From sequence record NZ_CP027239.1: a stretch of 64,000 bases of DNA; one strand, given 5' to 3'. Position numbers and translations under genes: made by a program. Position 1 is the first letter of the stretch, and each line of letters opens with the position of its first letter. Shown here one piece after another: positions 1 to 9,074 of this stretch. The stretch is from a plasmid. The notes under the pieces were generated by a model. That model searched no databases, was not told the origin of the DNA, and worked only from the letters and a program-made list of their open reading frames with translations.

Positions 1-540
1 GACCTCGAGACGGGCGAGACCATCGACACGCCTGAGGCGTGGGACCGCCATCCCGATTTCAAGACCGCCAAGGCCAAGCCCGTCGACCTCGCCAACACCG
101 GCCAGGTCGTCAGCCGGATCCGTCGACTGTCCCAATCCAAGACACAGCTCATCCCCGTCACTGAGCCGGTCCCCGGCGGGGGGACCCGCACCGTCCTCAA
201 GAAGGAACGGGTGCAGTACTCGGTGCGGTCCGAGCCCGACGGCTCGATCGTGGTCAACGTGCCGCCTCAGGTGCTCAAGGACACCGGCAACACGGCGCAG
301 GCCCGCGCCATGGAGCAGCACCTGATCAAGGTCATGGGACTGCCGGAGGGTCGCAGGATCATGCCCCACGGACTGCGCATCTCCCCGGACAAGTCGGCCA
401 GGTACGCGGCGCTAGACGCCATCGCCGGCGACCCGCCCCGCATCTCCCCGGCCCGCATGTACGCCCCGCAGGACGGCTCGTTCGACGCCGCTCTGCACCG
501 CGGACGGTCTGGCAACGACGCCCAGTTCGCTCCGGCCTGA
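1..540 (+). CDS. Hypothetical protein, 5'-truncated by the window edge. The frame is open from nt 1 and continues into track ORF 211..540.
   Basis: Frame 1 has no stop from position 1 to 540. A GC-rich hairpin follows the stop. No family recognised. Confidence 0.5.
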   Translation, partial: DLETGETIDTPEAWDRHPDFKTAKAKPVDLANTGQVVSRIRRLSQSKTQLIPVTEPVPGGGTRTVLKKERVQYSVRSEPDGSIVVNVPPQVLKDTGNTAQARAMEQHLIKVMGLPEGRRIMPHGLRISPDKSARYAALDAIAGDPPRISPARMYAPQDGSFDAALHRGRSGNDAQFAPA

Positions 541-554
541 CCGGCCACGCCCAC

Positions 555-588
555 GCCCGCCCCGTCCCGGTTTTCGGGGCGGGGCGGC
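555..588 (+). terminator. GC-rich stem-loop (about 13-bp stem with one mismatch, loop gttttc) downstream of the 1..540 CDS. Candidate intrinsic terminator.
   Basis: gcccgccccgtcccgg tttt cggggcggggcggc lies directly after the stop. No U-tract, which is common in high-GC actinobacteria. Confidence 0.35.
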
Positions 589-643
589 GGCATGAGCAGC
601 ACCTACCATCAGCGACACCAATCGGACCCTCAGGGAGGCCCTC

Positions 644-1714
644 ATGCCCGCAGACAGCGCCGTCGACGACGCGATGAACGCCGTGCTCGGCACCTCGACA
701 GCGACCGCCGCTCGACGCCCGGCCGCTGAGGTTGCTGAACCCGGCCAGGGGCCCTGCAGCAAGCCAGAGGCCGAAGAACTGGTGGAGCGGGCCATAGCCG
801 CGGCGGAGACGTTCTACGACACTGTCGTCGAGATCATCCGCCGGCAGGCCTGGGTGCCGCTCGGCTACGCCAACCCGCGGGATCTGATGCTGCGCAGCTT
901 GGGTGGCACTGCCGTCAACCCGTCGACCGGCAAGCCGTACAGCCGTTCCCACGTCCACCGCATGGCCCGCGTGTCGTGGATGCTGTGGGCCATCTCCGAG
1001 CGCACCGGTGTCGATCCGGGCGACCTGGAGATCCCGGAGCGCACCCTGCGTGAGCTCGGCGGCGGCATGAGCGCGGACCTCGAGCTCGTCGACACCATCA
1101 GCGACCGGGTGGCGGCGTCGATCGCCGACAAGAACGCCAGCCCCGATGATGTGCAGGACGTACTCAACTCGACCCTGTCCGAGGCTGCCGCGGAACGTGG
1201 CGGGGGAGAGAGCCGCAACGGCAGCGCCGCCACCAGCGGCGACGACGACGAGGACTTCGGCAGCCCGTCCCCTGAATCCAGGCCGGCAGGCGGTGCCGGC
1301 CTCGGCGATGCCGACGACGACTTCGACGACTCAGATCCCGACGAGGCAGACTCGGGCACCGCGGGCCCGTCCTCGCCGGCGCTCGATGCGTTCGGTTCGT
1401 TCGACGACGGCGACGACTTCGGCGACGAGGGCAGTGCACCGGTGATCAATGCCTCGGATGCGTTGTCGCAGATGCGCGCCAACGCCAACTACGTGCAGCA
1501 CCTGCAGGACATTCGGGAGATCGGCGGTCATCTGCCGGACGTGATCGCGGTGCAGAAGGAACTGCCGCAGTTCCTGGACATCGTCGACGACGACGAGCTC
1601 GACGAGCTCAAGCAGCTCCTACAGCAGACCCGCAACATCGTCGACCGTGCACAGAAGGCTAAGGAGGCCATCGACGCGGTGATCGCCACCGCCGACGAGC
1701 GGCTCGACTTCTAG
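644..1714 (+). CDS. Hypothetical acidic protein with a D/E-rich central low-complexity region.
   Basis: 356-aa ORF. SD-like cagggagg sits upstream of the ATG. Long DDDEDF..DDDFDDSDPDE tract. No recognisable domain. Confidence 0.6.
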   Translation: MPADSAVDDAMNAVLGTSTATAARRPAAEVAEPGQGPCSKPEAEELVERAIAAAETFYDTVVEIIRRQAWVPLGYANPRDLMLRSLGGTAVNPSTGKPYSRSHVHRMARVSWMLWAISERTGVDPGDLEIPERTLRELGGGMSADLELVDTISDRVAASIADKNASPDDVQDVLNSTLSEAAAERGGGESRNGSAATSGDDDEDFGSPSPESRPAGGAGLGDADDDFDDSDPDEADSGTAGPSSPALDAFGSFDDGDDFGDEGSAPVINASDALSQMRANANYVQHLQDIREIGGHLPDVIAVQKELPQFLDIVDDDELDELKQLLQQTRNIVDRAQKAKEAIDAVIATADERLDF

Positions 1715-2517
1715 GGCAGAGCGACGGCCGCTGCCCCGAAGTCGCCGCCAAGCACTGACGGGTCGGCGAGCGCGTAGTAGCTGAGCAGGAGCACCGCCCC
1801 AGTGCAGGCCGACAGCAGGATCCGGTCGGCCATCCCGTTCGCCCGGATCCGTAGGGGCGCGGGCGGGCCGAAGTCCCACCACCGTTTGCCGCCGATCGAC
1901 ACCACGCCACCGAGCAGCGGGACGCCCCGCTTGGTGATCATGTCGCCCAGCAGGTGGGTTAGGCAGCCGACGGCGACGGCGGCGCCGAGGGCTGCGCTGC
2001 CAGCGGAGGCAGGCAAGATCGCCCAGACCGCCAGCGCCAGCGCCAGCGATAATCCGGTGACGTACAACCAGTCCTGTTTCTTGGTCCACGTGGGTGCCAG
2101 TCCGCGGATGGCCAGGCCGAGCATGAAGAACAGCACGCCCACAGCTGCGGTTTTCCCGAAGCTGCCGACCAGGGCGGAGACGGCGCCACCTGCCAGCATG
2201 GCGAACCAGATGGTGTGTGTCGCCGTGCGGTGCCCGTTGTTGATCGGGTCGTCTTTGCGGGTCTTGGTCACGTTGTAGATCGCCTGGGAGGTGTTCTCCA
2301 CGACGTGTGCCGCGGTGGTGGAGACCAGGCCGAAAGATCGAGCGAGGGTGCCCTGCGGGGTGTCGAGGTCAGGCAGTAGTGCCGCGCCGGCGGTGACGCC
2401 GGCGAAGACGAACAGTTCGGCCGCGGATTCTGCTCCGCCCCAGTGGGCGGGCAGGAACGCGCCTAAGGCCAGTCCGGCGGCAGCTCCGCTCATTGCATGT
2501 GTCGGGCCCATGACCAT
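1711..2517 (-). CDS. Membrane-bound metal-dependent hydrolase (DUF457/YdjM-like).
   Basis: 268 aa, polytopic and hydrophobic. HLLGDMITKRGVPLL-type motif as in the DUF457 family. Last gene of a minus-strand three-gene operon. Confidence 0.55.
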   Translation of the reverse strand: MVMGPTHAMSGAAAGLALGAFLPAHWGGAESAAELFVFAGVTAGAALLPDLDTPQGTLARSFGLVSTTAAHVVENTSQAIYNVTKTRKDDPINNGHRTATHTIWFAMLAGGAVSALVGSFGKTAAVGVLFFMLGLAIRGLAPTWTKKQDWLYVTGLSLALALAVWAILPASAGSAALGAAVAVGCLTHLLGDMITKRGVPLLGGVVSIGGKRWWDFGPPAPLRIRANGMADRILLSACTGAVLLLSYYALADPSVLGGDFGAAAVALP

Positions 2518-2528
2518 TGGGGGGCTCC

Positions 2529-2765
2529 TTACTCGCCGATGGTGGGCGGGTTGTAGCTGCCGTTGTCAGGAATCTTGTCGACCAGGCTGGTCAGAGCGTC
2601 GATGGCCTTGGGCAGCAGCAGGATCGTGGTGTCGGCGGCGCCGCCGATGATCTTCTTGGCGGCGTCCACGATGGTGTCTTGCCCTTGGCTGAGATCGACC
2701 TCTGTGGCGCCCTGCAGTACTCCCCACAGGACGAGCGCCCCGATGATGCCGAAGATCCACTTCAT
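2529..2765 (-). CDS. Small secreted/membrane protein.
   Basis: 78 aa with an N-terminal hydrophobic helix (MKWIFGIIGALVLWGVL). GAAAGG SD upstream of the ATG. Confidence 0.5.
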   Translation of the reverse strand: MKWIFGIIGALVLWGVLQGATEVDLSQGQDTIVDAAKKIIGGAADTTILLLPKAIDALTSLVDKIPDNGSYNPPTIGE

Positions 2766-2783
2766 GTCGCTGGCCTTTCTGGG

Positions 2784-3116
2784 TCAGGGCGCCGGGATCG
2801 CGGGCTGCCCGGCGCCGGCCCCGGAGTCGAGCGGGTTGGGACGGTCTGGGGCGCCGGGGATGGGAACGAAGTCCTGATCGGTGGAGTCCAGGTCCGGGAT
2901 GTCGCCACCCAGGTCCGGCATGGGCAGGTTTGCCGGGTCGGGCAGCTTGTCTTCGACGGTGTCGCCACCGAAATCGACGGCAGATTCGACGTTGGCGTAG
3001 AACGTCGGCCACCACCCTTCGGAGAAGGGCTGCTTGCCGTCGGCCGCCCAGGTCAGAAATCCCCATCCGACGCCGGTGAGGACCAGGGCGAGGATCACTG
3101 TCGAGACGAGTCGCAC
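2784..3116 (-). CDS. Small membrane protein (alternative GTG start).
   Basis: 110 aa with an N-terminal TM helix and a Pro/Asp-rich tail. GGGAAAGGGG SD-like sequence upstream. Confidence 0.4.
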   Translation of the reverse strand: MRLVSTVILALVLTGVGWGFLTWAADGKQPFSEGWWPTFYANVESAVDFGGDTVEDKLPDPANLPMPDLGGDIPDLDSTDQDFVPIPGAPDRPNPLDSGAGAGQPAIPAP

Positions 3117-3765
3117 CGGGGTGCCCCTTTCCCTACGCCCGTGGGCGTATCCGCTGTCTGTATCCGATGCCCTGATCCTCCCTCATGGTCATGCCGGTGG
3201 CGCCTCGGCGCGTGACTCGCCTCCGGCATAGGCGTGTTGGTCATGCCGGTGTATCGCTGGCCTGCGGATCGCGGTCAGGGGGCTGGTGAGAGAATGGCCG
3301 CCTAGTACGAAGTCACCTGGAGGCCAGCGATCGTGGGGAAGACCAGGCGTAACGAGGCCTGCAGTCGGCGCCTAGCTGATCGGCTTTGGACGCCGGTGGG
3401 CTTGATCTGCGCCTTGGTTCTCGTGAGCGGCTGCGGGGCGGCTACCGAAGAGGTAGTCGTAACGAGCACAGTGACGTCCACCCAAACCGGGCTCCGCCTT
3501 GCCGCAGCAGCAGACTGTTTCCGGGCGTCCTGGCCCACGGGTGAAGAAGATCGTGCACTTGCGGATCCGCAAGCGCCTCGGCCCGGTCCAGCTCGCGGGC
3601 TGGTTGGAAATGGCGCCGTCAACCGTTCATGCGGCGCTCAAGCGCTGCCGGCGCATCACGCCCAAGCGCACACCCACCCGACAGCCGGATCTCAAACACG
3701 CTGGCTGGGCAGTGCACCTTACCCGGTGACCGTGCTGCGTTACGCCCCGCAGGCGCCGGGCATGC

Positions 3766-4311
3766 TCAGCGCCGCCGCGATACCTCGGCGGCCAGGGCCT
3801 CGTTCATCCGGTCGAACATAGGGAGAGTCGTCTCGCGGATCGAGCCGATCATCGGTGGCACCGCGATTCCGGAGAACCGTTCCTCCTGGTGCAGGACCAC
3901 CCGGCCGTCGCCGGCGGGCTCGATGGTGAACCAGTGCTCGCCGTCGAAGATCCCCGGCAGCATCACCGAACCCTTCCACCGCAGCTCCCGGCCGGGCTCC
4001 ACGGTGAGGACCGTCGGCGTGAAGGTCATGCTCCCGCCGTTGGTGTCGATCAGTTCGTTGGTCAACGTCCCGCCCTCGACCAGGTCGCCGGCGGAGGAGA
4101 CGATGAAGGGATTCCACCGCGGGTACGATTCGCGGTCGGCCAGTACGGCCCACACCTCGTCAGCAGTGGCCTCGATCTCCAGGGCCGAGCTCATCTCGTA
4201 GTCGCGGGACACCGCCCAGATCGAGTACGCGACGGCCGGAAGCAGCACCGCCGTGGCGGCGATGGCGGTGTAGCGCAGGATCGGGCGTCGGCGTCTGGCG
4301 GCCTTGGCCAT
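3766..4311 (-). CDS. SRPBCC-superfamily protein (polyketide cyclase/dehydrase-like).
   Basis: Internal start at MAKAARRRR with GGGAGA SD. N-terminal TM anchor. YPRWNPF...LRWKG...GEHWFTIEP motifs typical of the SRPBCC fold. The longer track ORF (to 4452) has an unlikely N-extension. Confidence 0.6.
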   Translation of the reverse strand: MAKAARRRRPILRYTAIAATAVLLPAVAYSIWAVSRDYEMSSALEIEATADEVWAVLADRESYPRWNPFIVSSAGDLVEGGTLTNELIDTNGGSMTFTPTVLTVEPGRELRWKGSVMLPGIFDGEHWFTIEPAGDGRVVLHQEERFSGIAVPPMIGSIRETTLPMFDRMNEALAAEVSRRR

Positions 4312-4425
4312 GGTCGTATCTCCCTCGGGTGTCGGTGCCGCCGGGCGGCGACGCGCCCCACGGTAACCGTGCGGACTCACCGCCGTCTTGCCGCCCACTT
4401 TCGGAAGGGCCCCCAAACCACGACG

Positions 4426-4947
4426 GTGACACCGGCCAACTGGCCTGATCACGATTGCCTAGCGCCAATCGTCGAGCACTTTGAGATCGACTGGGAAAGG
4501 AAGTTCGGTCCCGGGATTCCGCCAGTGCCGGAACCTGGCGAGTCGGCCGGCCATGCCTATTTTGCCAGCTACGCACCTACGAAGGCGACGGTTCGACTGT
4601 TGAATGTTTCCCCGAACAATATCTACGTTCGAGGCGTGTTCTTTCAGGTCTTCTGGAAGGATCCTGACAATGTTGTTCGCTCAAATATCTACCAAAGCAG
4701 CGTCCCTTTCGAGTCTCTCCCTTACGTAGACTTTGGCTTCATTCCGAAGCAGGTCTATGGAATGGGAAAGAGGCGTTCCCCGGAAATGCTCTACGGCCGA
4801 GACTCGATCGAGTTCTCCGTCGAATACCCGGGCGCCGGCGACGTGCGTGTCGCAGGCGCCAGCGAACCGTCTAGCTGGATCGACCCCGATGGCATCGACT
4901 GGTGGTTTGCCGACCCGGACGTTCGCCAACGATGCGGTCAGAGCTAG
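4426..4947 (+). CDS. Hypothetical protein encoded in a roughly 500-bp low-GC islet (possible GTG start; start uncertain).
   Basis: This is the downstream third of track ORF 3889..4947. The upstream part is antisense to the SRPBCC gene and is rejected. GC is about 50-55% against about 68% in the flanks. No family recognised. Confidence 0.35.
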   Translation: MTPANWPDHDCLAPIVEHFEIDWERKFGPGIPPVPEPGESAGHAYFASYAPTKATVRLLNVSPNNIYVRGVFFQVFWKDPDNVVRSNIYQSSVPFESLPYVDFGFIPKQVYGMGKRRSPEMLYGRDSIEFSVEYPGAGDVRVAGASEPSSWIDPDGIDWWFADPDVRQRCGQS

Positions 4948-4979
4948 ACGCGCCCTGGGTCCAGCGGCGGACAGGGGAT

Positions 4980-7832
4980 TTAGCTCCAGATCGAAGGTTC
5001 TTCGTCGAACTCGTCGGCCGCATTCACCGGGCGCTCGGGTTCCACGTTCACAGGGTGAGAGCGTCCCGCCGGCGTAGACGCACGGCGTCCGCCGCGGGCC
5101 TTAGCTGTGGGCCCCGACGGTTCGTCCAGTGCGGGCGTGGTATCGGGACCAGGCAGAGTCGGTTGATCCTCGAGCTCGTCGTCCTGCGAGTCGAGCTCAG
5201 GAGCTTCGTCTGGGTGATCGGAGCCGGGGGCGTCGTCGCTGTCCGTGACCAGATACAGCTGGGCAGGTTCGGCGGAGGTAGCGGGCGCCGCAGCCTCGCT
5301 GCTGCCCTCGTCGAGGATCACCCATCGGGGTTCCTGGCCGCCGTCGGCGTTGGTGACGGTGATCTGCTGGTAGCCGAGGTTGCGTAGTCGTTCGCGGGTC
5401 ATGTCTTTGGTGCCTCGCAGCGTTTGCGCGGGGTCCCAGGGGCACGGCATCGGGTCGTCGGGCAGGAACATGACCTGCACCTGCCGGTACCCGTTCTTGG
5501 GGTCGTAGCCCCACGCTCGGCCCTTGGGGGTGCCGGCCTCCGGGAAGCGGGTGCCGTGGTTGGAGTTGAGGATCTGCTCGGACTCGTACTGGTCCAGGGG
5601 GCCGACGCCGAGTCGGAATCCGAGCTGGGAGCGCAGCTGGGTGGAGATGATCTTGGCGTCCGGCTTCTGGGCGGCGCACACGATGTTGGTTTCCAGGGCT
5701 CGGCCGAGCCGGGCGATTTTCTCGAGGCTGGCTCGGGCTTCGTCCTTGAGTTCCTCCGTCTCGCTGTCCGCGCCGCGGGCCAGGAAGTCGGCGATCTCGT
5801 CGAAGAACAGGATGACCCGCTTGGGCACCGGTCCGTATTGCGCTTCCAGTTCCGGTTGCTGGGCGTACTTGGCGCGCAGCAGGCCCAGGTTGCGGGCCTG
5901 GGTGCGGTTGAGCAGGGTTTGAGCGGCGTCCATGCTCGCTCGTGCCGCGCCGACAGCGGCGCAGATTTCTTCGTCGGTGGCGGCGAATCGGATCACCGAG
6001 GGGAACTCTGGGGTCCAGGTGAAGTCGGTGCGTTTGGGGTCGCACACGATCACCGACAGGACGTCGGGCAGGTACATCGCGTAGAACAGCACGATCGACA
6101 GGGCTACCGACTTCCCGGATCCCGTCTTGCCGCCGATCAGGCCGTGCGGAGTCTCTCCGAGATCCCAGTCCAGCCAGCCTCCGCCCTTCTGTGGGCCGAA
6201 CCGGAAAATCCCCTTGTGGGCGAGCGTGACCGCCTCGTCGAACTCGGGTGTGCCGGGCTCGGGGAAGGCCAATTCTGTCGGCAGTGGAGGCACCGCGGTG
6301 ATGGTGACCTTCCCCTTGGGGGCGTCCCACGAGTAGTGCCAGTCGTTGTCGGTGCTCAGGCTGTCCCAGTGGTCTTGGAACCCGTCGCGGGTGTCGCGGG
6401 CGTTGACGTCCATGGACCCGAACTTCACCTCGGCGACCTGCACCATCGCCGAGCCGTCGGCGCTGAGTTCGGGTTGCCACTCGAGGATGTCGCAGTCGAC
6501 GAAGTTCTTGCTGGAGCCGAACTTGGACTCGATCACGTTGCGCAGGTTGCGTTCGGTGACCTTGCGGCGGGCCTGCATGCTGCGGGACGGGTACGCGGTC
6601 GCCTCGAGCCGGGTGGTTCCGCCAGGCGTCCAGTCGTACAGCCAGGTCAGGCCCTGGTAGCTGGCCTCCATGGCGGTGTCGAAGTCGGACTCGAACTTGT
6701 TGCGGACGCGGCGATCGCCGAGGTTGAGGGTGTCGAAGTCGATGGACACCGCCACCGGGTAGTGCTCGGGGAACTTCTTGCCCTCGGGCATCCATCGGGT
6801 GACTTCGCAGTCGATGCTGGTGGTCTTGGTGGTGCGGATCATCGAGTAGACGTCGGCGATGATCTTGCGGGCGACGATTTTGCGGCGGGCCCGCAGGTCG
6901 TCGTCCGGGACGAGCTCGATCTGCAGCTCCCCGTCGGTGGACCAGTCGTAGACCCACACGCCGGGGCCGCGGACCTTGCGATCGAACTCGGCGGTGACAC
7001 GCTCACGAAACTGGGGGTCGGTGGCATCGAACCCGCCGTATGACCAGGTCACCTTCGTGGGGAACTGGTAGGTCGTGCCGTTGCGTTCGCTCTCGGTGCG
7101 CTCTTCCACGGTCAGGGCGAAGTCGTAGTCGCCGGCGTTGCGGGCAGCGTCGAACAGGGCCCGGTCGCCGAGCGATCGGGCCATCTTGCGGTCGTGGCTG
7201 CGCTGCCAGACGCGGGGGTCCTCAGCGGGCACGGCGGTGGCCGTCACGTGTGAGGCGTCAGCCCACTCGAAGATCCATTCCTGTCCGTCCGCGGGCGGAG
7301 GCGTGGCTTTCTGGATCGCCTGCTCGAGCGGCATCCGCAGATAGGGGGCGGTGGTGGCGGGGGAGTCGGGACCGACGGTGAGCGTGAAGGTGCTCGGCTT
7401 GGCCTTGGCGCCCCACTTGGCGACTGTGACGTAGGAGTCGGGGCTGACCGGAGTGGTGGCCGTGGACCTGGGTAGGGCCGCAGGGCGTTGCATCGCCGCG
7501 TAGATCGCGGCGGTGGCTTTGCGCCGTCTGGGCATCACCGCCCCGGCCCGGGACAGCGTGTAGAGCAGGAACACGGCCAGGGCGATGCCGGCCCACATGC
7601 GCGGCACGACGGCAAAGTACAGCGCCGCGATCAGTGCGGCCAGCATTGCCCAGTTCACCGCCACCAGCGGGACGGGGCCGAGCTTGGTGCCGTCCTTCAC
7701 CCAGGTCAGTGCAGCCCAGTCGCTGAGCAGCTGCTGCCCCTGCTTCTGCGCCTGCTGCTGGATCCTCGATGGGGGGCGTTTCCGGCCGCGAGCCATAGAT
7801 TCGCTGTCCTTCCGGTGGTGGGTCGGCCACAT
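4980..7832 (-). CDS. FtsK/SpoIIIE-family DNA translocase (TraB/TcpA-like conjugal DNA pump) with an N-terminal TM region and a tandem-repeat domain.
   Basis: 950 aa. Walker A GGKTGSGKS. Walker B ILFFDEIADF. FtsK-type arginine finger region QLGFRLGV. TM helices near the N-terminus. Four roughly 40-aa repeats with a W-x-[FY]-[DES]-W core. AGGTGGGA SD upstream of the ATG. Confidence 0.85.
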   Translation of the reverse strand: MWPTHHRKDSESMARGRKRPPSRIQQQAQKQGQQLLSDWAALTWVKDGTKLGPVPLVAVNWAMLAALIAALYFAVVPRMWAGIALAVFLLYTLSRAGAVMPRRRKATAAIYAAMQRPAALPRSTATTPVSPDSYVTVAKWGAKAKPSTFTLTVGPDSPATTAPYLRMPLEQAIQKATPPPADGQEWIFEWADASHVTATAVPAEDPRVWQRSHDRKMARSLGDRALFDAARNAGDYDFALTVEERTESERNGTTYQFPTKVTWSYGGFDATDPQFRERVTAEFDRKVRGPGVWVYDWSTDGELQIELVPDDDLRARRKIVARKIIADVYSMIRTTKTTSIDCEVTRWMPEGKKFPEHYPVAVSIDFDTLNLGDRRVRNKFESDFDTAMEASYQGLTWLYDWTPGGTTRLEATAYPSRSMQARRKVTERNLRNVIESKFGSSKNFVDCDILEWQPELSADGSAMVQVAEVKFGSMDVNARDTRDGFQDHWDSLSTDNDWHYSWDAPKGKVTITAVPPLPTELAFPEPGTPEFDEAVTLAHKGIFRFGPQKGGGWLDWDLGETPHGLIGGKTGSGKSVALSIVLFYAMYLPDVLSVIVCDPKRTDFTWTPEFPSVIRFAATDEEICAAVGAARASMDAAQTLLNRTQARNLGLLRAKYAQQPELEAQYGPVPKRVILFFDEIADFLARGADSETEELKDEARASLEKIARLGRALETNIVCAAQKPDAKIISTQLRSQLGFRLGVGPLDQYESEQILNSNHGTRFPEAGTPKGRAWGYDPKNGYRQVQVMFLPDDPMPCPWDPAQTLRGTKDMTRERLRNLGYQQITVTNADGGQEPRWVILDEGSSEAAAPATSAEPAQLYLVTDSDDAPGSDHPDEAPELDSQDDELEDQPTLPGPDTTPALDEPSGPTAKARGGRRASTPAGRSHPVNVEPERPVNAADEFDEEPSIWS

Positions 7833-7936
7833 CGTCCCACCTGCTCATGCCGGGGCCTGGCGCCGTTTTCGCGGGGTATGGGCAAGGGCCCGGCCCCGTG
7901 AGTCAGGGTCGGGCCCTTCGGCCGGCTCTGGCGGGT

Positions 7937-8896
7937 CTAGGCGGGCTGCAGAAGCTGGAACGCGCGCTGCCGGAAGGCAGCGTTGGTGTCGTTGAACTGC
8001 GACAGGGCGCGGGCGGATTCTCCGCCGCGGGTGTTCTTGTGCCAGTCCAGGAACTCGCCGACGCTGTTGAGCGCCGCCCATCGGGTGTGGCGGCCCTCCT
8101 CCTGGGTGAAGGCGGTGCCCCACAGGTCCATCAGGGTGTTGCGCCGGTTCTCCCAGCGAGTGACGGAGGTCTTGCGGCCCTCGTCGGGGCGGGGGTCGAG
8201 CTCGGCCAGGAACCGGTCGAACTCGTTGGTGGTCATGGGGCTGGCGATGAGCGCTTCGGCGTGGGCGGTGAATGCCTTGGCGTACTGCATAGCGCCCTGC
8301 ATGGCGGTGCGGGCCTCGATGAGCCGCTGATCGGCGGACGCGGAGTGCCGGATCGACCAGGTACGGGGCGTTGAGCCGTTGTTGACGCCGATTGTCAGGC
8401 CATTGGTGCAGACCAGCCGCCGGGCGGTCACGGACTGCACCGCAGCCCCCTCTCCAGCGTGGGAGGTCGACATCACGACCTTGAACTCCACGGGATCGTT
8501 ACCGCCGATCGCGGTGGTCGCCTCGGGAATCGACATCGACATATACGTGGTGCGGCCGTGGTCGACCTCGCCAGCGGCGTCGAACTGGGCGCCGAGCATG
8601 TGGGCGTGGTCGGCGACCTCGAAGGCTGCCGCGTTGTCGATGGTGGTGTAGCGGGAGCCGACGGCGGCCAGGATGGTGTTGTCGTCGTCGCGGACGATGA
8701 ACCGTCGGCCGGGCATGCTGCCGATGGTGATGCCGTCAGCGGCCATGAGGGTGACGGAGTCGCCGGGGATGTCGCGCAGGCCCCAGTTCAGGCCGGCGAT
8801 GGTCAGCGCTTCGTCGACGGTGCGGGCGGCGCTGATGTCGGTCCCGAGCTGGTGCTCGAACGGGACTCGGTTGGTGACCTTGAGCGGAGTGCTCAT
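7937..8896 (-). CDS. DUF932-family protein (TIGR03299-like phage/plasmid-associated protein).
   Basis: 319 aa. Strong GGAGGAGGAA SD. Size and sequence character fit DUF932 proteins common on ICEs and plasmids. The assignment is from memory of the family, not from a search. Confidence 0.45.
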   Translation of the reverse strand: MSTPLKVTNRVPFEHQLGTDISAARTVDEALTIAGLNWGLRDIPGDSVTLMAADGITIGSMPGRRFIVRDDDNTILAAVGSRYTTIDNAAAFEVADHAHMLGAQFDAAGEVDHGRTTYMSMSIPEATTAIGGNDPVEFKVVMSTSHAGEGAAVQSVTARRLVCTNGLTIGVNNGSTPRTWSIRHSASADQRLIEARTAMQGAMQYAKAFTAHAEALIASPMTTNEFDRFLAELDPRPDEGRKTSVTRWENRRNTLMDLWGTAFTQEEGRHTRWAALNSVGEFLDWHKNTRGGESARALSQFNDTNAAFRQRAFQLLQPA

Positions 8897-9074
8897 CGTT
8901 CCTCCTCCAGGGGTGGGGTTTGCGATGACTCAACTAAACCTCGACCGTTTTCAACTGCAGCAGGTCGCCATTCATCGACGTCAGCCCGCATTTTCTCGGC
9001 TCGCGGCGGGGGAGAGGCGGCCCGGAGAGGCTCCGCTGCTGGCGCCGACTACGGCTGCCTGCACACTGGAGCCC

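Noticed and set aside
3889-4425. 5' two-thirds of the 352-aa ORF 3889..4947.
   Set aside because: It is antisense to the SRPBCC gene, has a high-GC junk-like translation, and a sharp compositional break at about 4440. Only the low-GC 3' part is kept as a candidate gene.
5197-7043. Long ORFs (586 aa and 539 aa) overlapping the FtsK-like gene in other frames or on the other strand, and many similar 100-600-aa ORFs throughout the track.
   Set aside because: These are typical shadow ORFs of a 68% GC genome. Their translations are Arg/Pro/Gly-rich junk with no motifs, and the overlapping real genes have clear catalytic signatures.
8926-8990. AT-richer patch between DUF932 and the hydrolase, considered as a sigma-70-like promoter (TTGAAA ... 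TTTAGT).
   Set aside because: Spacer lengths (10-12 bp) do not fit a functional -35/-10 pair. It is probably still the divergent promoter region, but no specific promoter call is supported.
8673-9074. N-terminal 134-aa extension of the alpha/beta hydrolase ORF.
   Set aside because: It has a low-complexity Met/Arg/Ser-rich translation that overlaps the DUF932 promoter region. An internal ATG with GGAG SD sits exactly where the hydrolase fold begins.
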